Shown piece after piece: positions 1 through 10,030 of a DNA stretch of 64,000 nt. Under the pieces are notes generated by a model. That model did not search any database and had not been told where the DNA came from. It worked only from the letters and a program-made list of their open reading frames with translations. The stretch's first letter is position 1. Each line of letters opens with the position of its first letter. The DNA is taken from assembly GCA_051294375.1 (NCBI GenBank), contig JBJCIZ010000224.1, positions 1-64,000 on the forward strand. The letters are read 5' to 3'. The stretch comes from Paraspadella gotoi. Lineage: Eukaryota; Animalia; Chaetognatha. The position numbers were made by a program, and so were the translations under genes.

Positions 1-174
1 AGAGAGAGTTTCGTCTTGAGAGTCCGCTTCTCGAGGAGCGAGCGATGTCTGAATTCCTCCAATCAGCTGCGAGGAAGCTTCGCTCGGCCGGCGGGTGGGA
101 GAGCGACCTCGAGGCCCGGACGACGCGATTGGCCGGCGTCTCAATCGGCTGGCAGGACGACGACGCCGACGAAG

Positions 175-210
<36 letters not shown>

Positions 211-504
211 TGAAGAAAACGGCGGCGAAAAAACGGATGACGTCAGGTCAGAAACAAACGAGGATCGCGAAGCCCGGCGTCGCGACGAGAGAGAGAGCGA
301 GACGATTGGAGAATTCGAGCGAGAGTGAGAGAGAGAGAGAGACCGAGACGGGAATGAATAAAAATGAAGAAGAGAGAAAGAGTGAGAGAGAAGACGTTGA
401 ACCCAAAAAAAGTGAACAAATCACAGCAACAAAAAAAAAAAATCACCGCCCGGGAAAAAAAAATAAAGAGTCAAAACTTATTTACGATTTCGCGAAAACC
501 GGAA
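1..504 (+). repeat. Direct duplicate, copy 1 (copy 2 at ~6518-7057)
   Basis: Collinear from TTCGTCTTGAGAGTCC through the (GAC)n tract to TTTACGATTTCGCGAAAACCGGAA. Copy 2 differs mainly by single-base insertions. Confidence 0.9.
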
Positions 505-1007
505 ATATATTTTTCTTTTTTTCCAAACTCTTGAAAATTTTGGACTCAACGTATCGGAAGTCTCGATTCTTCGTGCGAGTTTTTTCTCGTTTCTTCTTAA
601 TTATTTATTTTTCGTTCCATCCTCTTCTTGTTTGGTTTCCCGCTTCTGTTTTGGTCGTCGTCGTCGTTCGTGTCGTCGTCGCTATCGTCCGTCGTTTTCA
701 TCATCGTCCTCGTCGTCATTCTATGTCGTTGTTCTTCATCGTCGTTCTTTCGTTCATTGTCATGTTCAAAAGGCATGTCATCATGTCATCCTCACCGCCG
801 ACGCGTTGTCACTTGTCATTATCATCTTTCGTTTTCTTTGTCATCCGTTTTTTCTCGAACATCGTCTTCGTCGTTCAAATCGTCGGTCGTCTTCATCAAA
901 AACATGTCAGGGTCTCCACGTCGTCTTCATCGTCTTCATCGTCGTCGTCGTCGTCATTTCCATAATCCGTCCTTTGTCTCGTCTTTCGAGAACCGCTCGC
1001 TAATCAA

Positions 1008-1825
1008 CCTCCCCCTCGACCTCCCCCCTCACTTCTCCTCCACTTCTTCTCCTTCTCTCCCTCCTTTCCTCCTTCTCTCCTCCTTTCCTCCTTCTCTTCC
1101 TTTCCCTCCTCCCTCCTTCCCTCCTTTCCGCTCCTCCTCTCTCCTCCTTTCCTCTTCTCTCCTTTCCTCCTTCTCTCCTTTCTTTCTCCTCTCCTTTCCT
1201 CCTTTCCTCCTTTTCCCTCTTCTCTCCCTTCTCTCCCTCCTTTCTCTCCCTCCTTCTCTCTTCTCTCACTCATTTCCTCCTCTCCCCTTTCCCCTTCTCT
1301 CTCTTCTCTCCCTCCTTTCCTCCTTCTCTCCCTCCTTTCCTCCTCCCTTTCCTCCTTCTCTCCTTCTCTCCCTCCTTCCCTCTTCTCTCCTTCCTCCTTC
1401 TCTCCCTCCTTTCCTCCTCCCTTTCCTCCTTTTCTCCTTCTCTCCCTCCTTCCTCCTTCTCTCTCTCCTTTCCTCTTCTCCTTTCCTCCTTCTCTCCCTT
1501 CTCTCCTCCTTTCCTCCTCTCCTTTTCTCCTTTCCTTCCTTTCCTCTTCTCTCCCTCCTTTCCTCCTCTCTTCCTCCTTTTCCTCCTTTTCTCCTCCTTT
1601 CCTCCTCTCCCTTCCTCCTTTCCTCCTTCTCTCCTTCTCTCCCTCCTTTCCTCCTCTCTCCTTTTCCTCCTTCATCTCTCTCCTTTCCTCTGTCTCCCTT
1701 CTTCCTCCTTCTCTTCCTTCTCTCCTCCTTCCTCCTTCGTCCCTTTCCTCCTTCTCTCCCTCCTTTCCTCCTTTCTCCTTTCCTCCTTCTCTCCCCTCCC
1801 CCCTCTCTCCCTCCTCCATTCTCCT
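1008..1825 (+). repeat. ~0.8 kb polypyrimidine (CCT/CTT/CT) low-complexity tract
   Basis: Almost only C and T on the + strand. Confidence 0.95.
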
Positions 1826-1899
1826 GGTTTGGCGAGTGAAGGTTCCTTCCTTAATCTACCTCTGGTTTCTTTACACAAGGTGTTTTTTTTCAGTCATCA

Positions 1900-2850
1900 T
1901 CGTTCATTTGTTTGTTCGTTCGCTCCTTCATTCGTTCTTTGTTCGTTCCTTCCTTCGTTCGTTCCTTCGTTTTGTTCCTTCGTTTGTTCCTTTGTTCGTT
2001 CCTTCGTTTGTTCCTTCGTTCGCTCTTCGTTCGTTCCTTCGTTCGTTGCTTCGTCGTTCCTTCGTTCTTCCTTTGTTCGTTGCTTCATATCCTTCACTTC
2101 GTTCTTTCGTTCTTCATCATTCTTCTCGTCGTTCTTCCTTCGTTCGTTCCTTCGTTCGTTCCTTCGTTTGTTCCTTCATTTGTTCCTGTTCCTTCATTGT
2201 TCTTTCGTTCATTCCTTCATTTGTTTCTTCGTTTGTTCCATCATATGTTTCTTGTTTGTCTTTCCTTCATTCGTTCCTTCATTGTTCCTTCATTCGTTCC
2301 TTTCATTCATTCCTTCGTTCCTTCATTCGTTCCTTTGTTTGTCCCTTTTTGTTCCTTCGTCCCTCTTTCCTTTGTTCCTTTGTTCGTTATTCATTCTTTT
2401 GTTCTTTCCTTCCTTCATTCCTTTGTCCATTTGTTCTTCATTTGTTCGTTCTTTCCTTCGTTCATTTCTTCGTTCATTACTTCGTTCCTTATTCATTCCT
2501 TTCATTTGTCCCTTCGTTTGCTTCTCCGTTTTTTTCTCCTTCATCCTATGTTTGTTTGTCTTTCCTTCGTTCCTTCCTTCGTTATTCTTTCCTTCGTTAC
2601 TTTGTTTGTTTTTCGTTCGTTCATTCGTTCGTTCATTCCTTCGTTTGTTCCTTCGTTTGTTTCTTCATTTGTTCTTCATTCGTACCTTCACTCGTTCTTC
2701 GTTCATTCCTTCGTTCGTTCGTTCATTCATTCCTTGTTCTTTCTTCCTTCGTTATTGTTCGTTCCTTCGTTTCCTTTGTTCTTTCCTTCCTTCGTTCCTT
2801 CATTCCTTTGTTCTTTCCTTCCTTCGTTCCTTCGTTCGTTCATTCGTTCA
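1900..2850 (+). repeat. Degenerate tetranucleotide satellite (TTCG/TTCC/TTCA/TTTG)n
   Basis: Continuous TTCGTTCC-type units for ~950 bp. Confidence 0.95.
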
Positions 2851-3207
2851 ATTTCCATCTTTCTGATGTCGGGAAAAGTGAACTGTGAAATTCACTCCGA
2901 TTATCCCTCACCCATCACACTCAAGGTAAGTGCGCAAATTTCACGCTCCCTCTTTCATTCTTATTTCGGTCTTAGACCACACCCCATCCTAAGTTGTAGT
3001 TCATTCAAATAGCGATGTCGCCGGCGATTCACGCACGAGTTGCAGGTGTGGTTCTAGTTGGTTGGCGACTTCGCCATGGCGAATACCGCCAGGGCTTTGG
3101 CGATGTCGCCAGTCCCCCGCACTGGCGACCTCGCCAGTGATAAAAGTAGCGAATATAATGAAAAGCGCAGCTTAACACGGGATGAGCATACCTTCAGGCT
3201 CCTCTCC

Positions 3208-3916
3208 AACCCTAACCTAAACCAAAACCTCCCGTTCAACTCTGTGCTCTCCCCTAACCCTAACCCGGGCCTGGCCTCCCGTACATCTCCATGCCTCCAA
3301 CCCTAACCCTAACCGCCTTGATGCATCAACCACGGCCCCTCCCCAACCCTAAACCCTAAACCAAGCTTCCGTTCACACTCTTGTGCCTCTCCCCTAACCC
3401 TAACCCAGGCTCAGCCTCCCGTACATCTCCGTGCCTCAACCCTAACCCCTAACCGCTTCATGCATCACTCACGGGCCCCTCCCCAACCCTAACCCTAAAC
3501 TAAGCCTCCGTTCAACCCATGCCTCTCCCCTAACCCTAACCCAGGCCAGCCTCCCGTACATGTTCCGTGCCTCAACCCTAACCCTAACGCCTTCGATGAA
3601 TCAACCATGGGTCCCTCCCGCAACCCTAACCCTAAACCAAGCCTCCCGTTCAACTCCATGCTCTCCCTAACCCCAAACCAGGCCCCGGCCTCCCGTACAT
3701 CTCCGTACTCAACCCTAACCCTAATTGCCTTCGATATATAACCCACGGGCCTCTCTCCAACCCTAACCTAAACCGGGCCAGGCCTCCCGTACATCTCCGT
3801 ACCTCAACCCTAACCCTAATTGCCTTCGATATATAACCCCGGGCCTCTCTCCCAACCCTAACCCTAACCGGGCCCAGGCCTCCCGTACATCTCCGTGCCT
3901 CAACCCTAACCCTAAC
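3208..3916 (+). repeat. Higher-order array, left arm: (CCCTAA)2 doublets separated by ~30-bp spacers A/B/C
   Basis: Order is ABC ABC ABC ABC' BC' B. A~ACCAAGCCTCCCGTTCAACTCTGTGCCTCTC, B~CCGGGCCTGGCCTCCCGTACATCTCCGTGCCTC, C~CGCCTTCGATGCATCAACCACGGGCCCCTCCCC. Confidence 0.9.
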
Positions 3917-4002
3917 GTGGGCTCTTGGTCATCAACAACACCCTCCCTACCTTATCCCTAAAATTGACATTAATAATAAGCCTAAAATAAACTTAACTTA
4001 AT

Positions 4003-4119
4003 CAACCCTAACCCCTAACCTAAACTACTCAACCCTAACCTAAACTACTCAACCCTAACCCAAACTACTACCTACTCAACCCTAACCCTAAACCAACTCA
4101 ACCTAACCCTAACCCTAAT
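4003..4119 (+). repeat. Degenerate (CCCTAA)n telomere-like tract, inner left arm
   Basis: AACCCTAACC units interspersed with ACTACTC; mirrored at 4286-4402. Confidence 0.85.
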
Positions 4120-4285
4120 CTGAGTTTATTTTAGGCGGAAATCGCCATAAACTAGAATGCTAGATGTAGTTCACAGCTAAACGCCAAATGGCGAGGGCAT
4201 CATGGCTAAGTCGCGATTTGGCGATTTCGCACTGAACTACATCTAGCGTTCTAGTTATGGCGATTTCGCCTAAAATAAACTCAGA

Positions 4286-4402
4286 TTAGGGTTAGGGTTA
4301 GGGTTGAGTTGGTTTCGGTTAGGGTTGAGATAGGTAGTAGTTAGGGTTCAGGGTTGAGTAGTTTAGGTTAGGGTTGAGTAGTTAGGTTAGGGTTAGGGTT
4401 GA
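4286..4402 (+). repeat. Degenerate (TTAGGG)n telomere-like tract, inner right arm
   Basis: TTAGGGTTAGGGTTAGGG and GAGTAGTTAGG units; reverse complement of 4003-4119. Confidence 0.85.
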
Positions 4403-4489
4403 GTTAAGTTAAGTTTTATTTTAGGCTTTTATTAATGTCAATTTTTAGGATAGGGTAGGGAGGGTGTTGTTGATGACCAAGAGGCCCGC

Positions 4490-5327
4490 GTTAGGGTTAG
4501 GGTTGAGGCACGGAGATGTACGGGAGCCTGGGCCCGGTTTAGGGTTAGGGTTGGGAGAGGGCCCGTGGGTTATATATCGAAGGCAATTAGGGGTTAGGGT
4601 TAGGTACGGAGATGTACGGGAGGCCTGGGCCGGTTTAGGGTTAGGGTTGAGAGAGGCCGTGGGTTATATATCGAAGGCAATTAGGGTTAGGTTGAGGTAC
4701 GGAGATTTACGGGAGGCCGGTGCCTGTTTAGGGTTTAGGGAGCGGCATGGAGTTGAACGGGAGGCTTGGTTTAGGGTTGGGTTGCGGAGGGACCCATGGT
4801 GATTCATCGAAGGCGGTTAGGTTAGGGTTGAGGCACGAGATGTACGGGAGGCTGGGCTGGGTTAGGGTTAGGGAGAGCATGGAGTTGAACGGGAGGCTTA
4901 GTTTAGGGTTAGGGTTGGGGGAGGGGCCCGTGGTTATGCCATTGAGCGGTTTAGGGTTAGGGTTGAGGCACGGAGATGTACGGAGGCTGAGCCTGGGTTA
5001 GGGTTAGGGGAGAGGCACAGAGTTGAATGGAAGCTTGGTTTAGGGTTAGGGTTGGGGGAGGGGCCCGTGGTTGATGCGTCAAAGGCGGTTAGGTTAGGGT
5101 TGAGGCATGGATGATGTACGGGAGGCCCAGGCCCGGGTTAGGGTTAGGGGAGAGCACAGAGTTGAACGGAAGGCTTGTTAGGGTAGGGTTGGGGGGAGGG
5201 CCCGTGGTTGATGCATCAAAGCGGTTAGGGTTAGGTTGACGGCTGGAGATGTACGGGAGGCCCAGGCCCGGTTTGGGTTAGGGGAGAGGCACAGAGTTGA
5301 ACGGGAGGTTTGGTTTAGGGTTAGGGT
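4490..5327 (-). repeat. Higher-order array, right arm: (TTAGGG)2 doublets with spacers A/B/C
   Basis: Reverse complement of 3208-3916, but with four complete ABC units instead of three. Confidence 0.9.
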
Positions 5328-5547
5328 GGGAGAGGAGCCTGAAGGTGATGCTCATCCCCGTGTTAGCTGCGCTTTTCATTATATTCGCTAATTTTATCAC
5401 TGGCGAGGTCGCCAGTGGGGGGACTGGCGACATCGCCAAAAGCCCTGGGCGATATCGCCATGGCGAAGTCGCAACCAACTAGAACCTCTTCTCTCCATGA
5501 AACAATACTAACCTAAACTCACCATGAAGCAAAATCTTCAGAATCTC

Positions 5548-5591
<44 letters not shown>

Positions 5592-5659
5592 GATTTCTAA
5601 TCCCATTCTTATCCTTCCGCCGCGACCGTTTTCCTCTCTCTCTCTCTCTCTCTTCCTCT

Positions 5660-5696
<37 letters not shown>

Positions 5697-6234
5697 GGCT
5701 CTCGCTCTCGACGTCGTCGTCTCATCATGGGCTGATGGGCGCGGCGCGCGCCCTCGTGCGTGGCGATTCAACGCGCAGTCGAGACGCGGGCGGCGAGCGA
5801 GAGCGAGAAAGAGAGAGAGAGAGAGAGCGAGAGAGATGAAGAAAGGAGGGGGAAGGAAGAGAGAGAGAAAGCAAATCGAGAGCACGCCTTCGCCTTGGCT
5901 GCGTTCGTTCGTTACGCGTGCGTTCGCATGCGTTTGCGCGCACGAAAGAAAAAAAAATCGAATTTCGCGCGGGCGAAGCCGTGTCACGTGATGGCGTCGT
6001 CGTGAGCGCATGGCTCCTGGACACGAAGAGCGAGGAGGGATGAGAGGAGAGAAGCGGAGAGAGGAGAAGAGGGAAAAAGAGAGGGAGAGAGGGAGGAGAA
6101 GAGAAAGTAATTAAGGAGGGAGGAAGGGAGAAAGAGAGAAGCGAAAAAAGGAGGGAGGTAGGAATTTTATTAAAAAGGTCGGAGGAAAAGGAAGGAGAGA
6201 AGAGAGAGAATTAGGAGGAAAAAAAAGGATGGTT

Positions 6235-6276
<42 letters not shown>

Positions 6277-6468
6277 GGAGTTAGAAAGAAAGTAAGAAGG
6301 AAGCAACATAGCAACATAGAAAGGTTTATTGAAATTTAGAAAAAAATAAATAAATAAAAATTATTCAAATTCCTACTAATATCATTTACGAAGATAAACC
6401 GGAATGTCTAATATTCTATAAAAGCGAGAAAGGGACGACAGAACAGAGACAAATCCGTCCGCAGCGCC

Positions 6469-6514
<46 letters not shown>

Positions 6515-6517
6515 GAG

Positions 6518-7057
6518 AGAGAGGAGTTCGTCTTGAGAGTCCGGCTTCTCCGAGGAAGCGAAGCGATGTCTGAATTCCTCCAATCAAGCTTCGAGGAAGC
6601 TTCGCTCGGCCGGCTGGGTGTGAGAGCGAACCTCGAGGCCCGCGCACGCCGCGCATTGGCCGGCCGTCTCAATCGGCTGGCAGGACGAGACGCCGACGAA
6701 GGTCGACGACGACACGACGACGACGACGACGACTGACTGAAGAAAAACTGGGACGGCGGAAAAAACGGATGCGTCAGGGTTCAGAAACAAAACGCAGGAT
6801 CGCGAAGGCCCGAGCCGTCGCGGACGAGAGACGAGGAGAGCGAGACGATTGGGAGAATTCGAGCGAGAGTGAGAGAGAGAGAGAGGACCGAGACGGGACA
6901 TGAATAAAATGAATAAGAGAGAAAGACGTTGAGCAGAGAAGACGTTGAACCCAAAAAACGTGAACAAATACACATGCAACCAAAAAAAAAAAATCAACCG
7001 CCCCGAAAAAAAAATTAAAGAGTTCAAAACTTATTTACGATTTCGCGAAAACCGGAA
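6518..7057 (+). repeat. Direct duplicate, copy 2 of 1-504 (insertion-rich)
   Basis: Same sequence with scattered extra bases; a 25-N gap follows ~100 bp later. Confidence 0.9.
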
Positions 7058-7729
7058 TTTAATTTTTCTTTTTTTTTTTCTTTTTATTTCTTTTTTTATC
7101 GAATTTTTTTTTGTGTCCCAATTTTCTATCTGCGTTCACTGAGAATTTCCTCCTCTGAGTNNNNNNNNNNNNNNNNNNNNNNNNNGTTTTTTTTTTATCT
7201 TGGGTCGTCGTGATCCTGAATTATTTTTCTTCTCGTCAGTTAAGCGAATTTAAATCTAAACGAACAAACTTTCGACTCAACAAAACTGTTCATTCTTTTT
7301 TTTTCTTTAAATTGAAATTTTTTTGTTTTTCTCCAAAAACATAAAAATGTTGGGAATTTCGAAGAAAGACGAATAATCAAGAAATTGAGAAGAACGATCG
7401 TCGCTGAGAAAGACGATTAACCAGGAAATTAAGAAGAACGATCGTCGCTACACTTCGTCCTTCGTCGCCTTTTTTTTTTATTAAAGAAACAAAAAAATAA
7501 ATAAATCCGACGACGAAACGGGAAAAAAAAATATCAGTGAGTATTACTATTAAACTATTATTACTACTATTATTAATACTTTTGACGATTAAGCTCATCC
7601 GTTGGCTTTTTTTCGGTCGAACCCACGGCCGTTCATCCATTTTTATCCTTAAACTCGAAAAGCAACTGAAAAAGTTAAAAGGGAAAAAAGATGTTGTGGA
7701 ACGCGATACTTAACTTTTTTCCCATTCAT

Positions 7730-7861
<132 letters not shown>

Positions 7862-8247
7862 CTCGCTCTTCCGCATATGACGTCGACGACATATAAAAAC
7901 TTTTCCCTCTCGCTCTCTCTCTCTCAATCGACGTACTACTATTCGCAAGCGCTTTTCACTCGCTCTCTATCGTTGCTTCCCGCCAAAACAGAGGCAGAGA
8001 GAAAAAGAGAGAGAGAGCGAGAGAGAGAGAGGTTTCTAGTGAAGGAAACAAAAGNNNNNNNNNNNNNNNNNNNNNNNNNNNNNNNNNNNNNNNNNNNNNN
8101 NNNNNNNNNNNNNNNNNNNNNNNNNNNNNNNNNNNNNNNNNNNNNNNNNNNNNNNNNNNNNNNNNNNNNNNNNNNNNNNNNNNNNNNNNNNNNNNNNNNN
8201 NNNNNNNNNNNNNNNNNNNNNNNNNNNNNNNNNNNNNNNNNNNNNNN

Positions 8248-8284
<37 letters not shown>

Positions 8285-8869
8285 CTTACGCAAGGTTAGG
8301 CGGAGAATTATCTGAAAAGTTTTGCATGACGGATATGATACTGAAGTCTGAAGCCAAAAATAAAGTTTTTCTTTTTCAAAGCAGAAACGATGAAGGGAAA
8401 TAGAGACAGCGAGTATTATTTAATTTAGTTATAATTATTATATAGTCATACAAGTTTATATACATTTTAATTACATCTCACAAAATTTTTCTTACATTAT
8501 ACATAAATATTTTCGACTTTTGTTGCATTAAAATTAAATGTGTATAGGCGATTATGTAAATTGTACAGAATTGAGAAATTCGTTAAGATTTTGTGGTTAA
8601 AACAACCATGAATTTTCTTTCTCAATCTTTATCGAATCTATCTGTCAGTCCGTCGGTTCGTCTGTTGGTGCACCCATCAGCCTCTCTCTCTCTCTGTTTT
8701 CCATTTCTGATGTATCGATAGCGCTCTCTCTCTCACTCTCAGAAACGCCCACGCATTTTGTCAGCTGATTGGAAAGAAACTTGGCGGGCGAGGCGGGAGT
8801 CCACGTGATGCTTACCTTTTTACAATAATCNNNNNNNNNNNNNNNNNNNNNNNNNNNNNNNTCTCTCAC

Positions 8870-8961
8870 CTGACCCCATCGCCCACGTACCATCATCTCG
8901 GATTCCCTTGTGTCTTCTTCCTGAGAATGAGGTCTCATACTTTGCCGGCCGCCGCCGCCGC

Positions 8962-8992
<31 letters not shown>

Positions 8993-9065
8993 GCCGCCGC
9001 CGCCGCTGCTGCCACCGCCTCCGACACGCCTTTTCTTTGAGTTTTTTCGCCACCTTGCTCAACAT
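8870..9065 (-). CDS. Weak candidate first coding exon (MLSKVAKKLKEKACRRRWQQ-polyR-PAKYETSFSGRRHKGIRDDGTWAMGS)
   Basis: ATG at 9065 opens a frame to a consensus-like donor CAG|GTGAGA at 8870/8869. A second donor AAG|GTAAGC lies at 8816/8815 beyond an N gap. No recognisable homology. Confidence 0.25.
8948..9020 (+). repeat. (GCC)n trinucleotide repeat with GAC/GCT interruptions
   Basis: Direct reading. Confidence 0.95.
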
Positions 9066-9415
9066 AGTTCTTGGACCACCGCTACCGCCCTGTCCGTTCC
9101 CTGGTGATTAGACAGTCCCCTTAAATTGTTAATACTCTTACTCAGCCTCACTCTTCTGTCCTTTGTCCCGCAGCTCTTCTCTCTCCCTCTCTCTCTCTCT
9201 CCCTCTACCGTCTCGAGCTATAAATAGATTTCGTCCCTAGTCGTTCGTGAGAAAGACGCCTCCAAGTTTCGACGGAGGCAGAAGGGAATTATAAAAAAAG
9301 GGTTAAGCAAAGAGGGGAATTTATTGTTAATATATGGGTGTTTTTTTTTTAAATATTATTGTAAGGATATTCACAGTTTTGGAGAAGGCGCGTTGTTTTG
9401 CTTTGGTCTCCGAGA

Positions 9416-10030
9416 AGAAAGAAAGTTGGAAAGTGAAAAAAAAATAAAGAAAGAAAGAACGAAAGAAAGATAGAAAATAAAGAAAAGAGAGAAAGAAAAA
9501 AGGAAAGAAAAAAAAGAAAGAAAGTAACAAACAAACAAAAGAAAGAATGAATGAAATNNNNNNNNNNNNNNNNNNNNNNNNNNNNNNNNNNNNNNNNNNN
9601 NNNNNNNNNNNNNNNNNNNNNNNNNNNNNNNNNNNNNNNNNNNNNNNNNNNNNNNNNNNNNNNNNNNNNNNNNNNNNNNNNNNNNNNNNNNNNNNNNNNN
9701 NNNNNNNNNNNNNNNNNNNNNNNNNNNNNNNNNNNNNNNNNNNNNNNNNNNNNNNNNNNNNNNNNNNNNNNNNNNNNNNNNNNNNNNNNNNNNNNNNNNN
9801 NNNNNAGAAAAATAAAATAAAGAAAAGTAAAATAATGTAAAGAAAGGAAAAGAAAAGAAAAAAAAGAAAACAAAACAAAAGAAAAGTAAAATAAAAAAGA
9901 AAAGAAAAGTAAAATAAAGAAAAGAAAAGTAAAATAAAAAAGAAAAGAAAAGAAAAGAAAAGAAGAGAAAAGTAAAAAAATGAAAAGAATAGAAAAGAAA
10001 TGTAAAAGAAAAAAATAAAAGAAAAGAAAA
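9416..10030 (+). repeat. A-rich (AAAG/AAAAG/AAAAT)n low-complexity tracts flanking N gaps
   Basis: Direct reading. Confidence 0.9.

Larger units (their letters stand above)
3050..5486. mobile_element. 2.4 kb palindromic (foldback) element carrying telomere-type repeats; putative non-autonomous DNA element
   Basis: The left end GGTTCTAGTTGGTTGGCGACTTCGCCATGGCG is the near-exact reverse complement of the right end CGCCATGGCGAAGTCGCAACCAACTAGAACC. Symmetry continues to an axis near CATG at 4201-4204. I see no TSD and no transposase ORF. The palindrome is seen directly; mobility is inferred. Confidence 0.55.

Noticed and set aside
45-3012. Long ORFs of 270-400 aa (45-965, 628-1839, 1004-1819, 1829-2866, 1836-2888, 1912-3012)
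   Set aside because: They are open in several frames only because the low-complexity tracts lack stop codons, and no domain is recognisable.
3208-3916. CRISPR-like alternation of a constant repeat and ~30-bp spacers
   Set aside because: The spacers recur cyclically (A/B/C), the repeat is a 12-14 bp telomeric doublet, there are no cas genes, and the context is eukaryotic.
4190-4215. SMRTbell adapter at the axis of the 2.4 kb palindrome
   Set aside because: There is no ATCTCTCTC, CAACAAC or GAGAGAGAT remnant, and the arms differ in unit number. An adapter-less fold-back cannot be fully excluded.
4003-4402. Telomere-telomere fusion scar
   Set aside because: A fusion reads TTAGGG then CCCTAA. 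The polarity here is the opposite and the tracts are short and interrupted.
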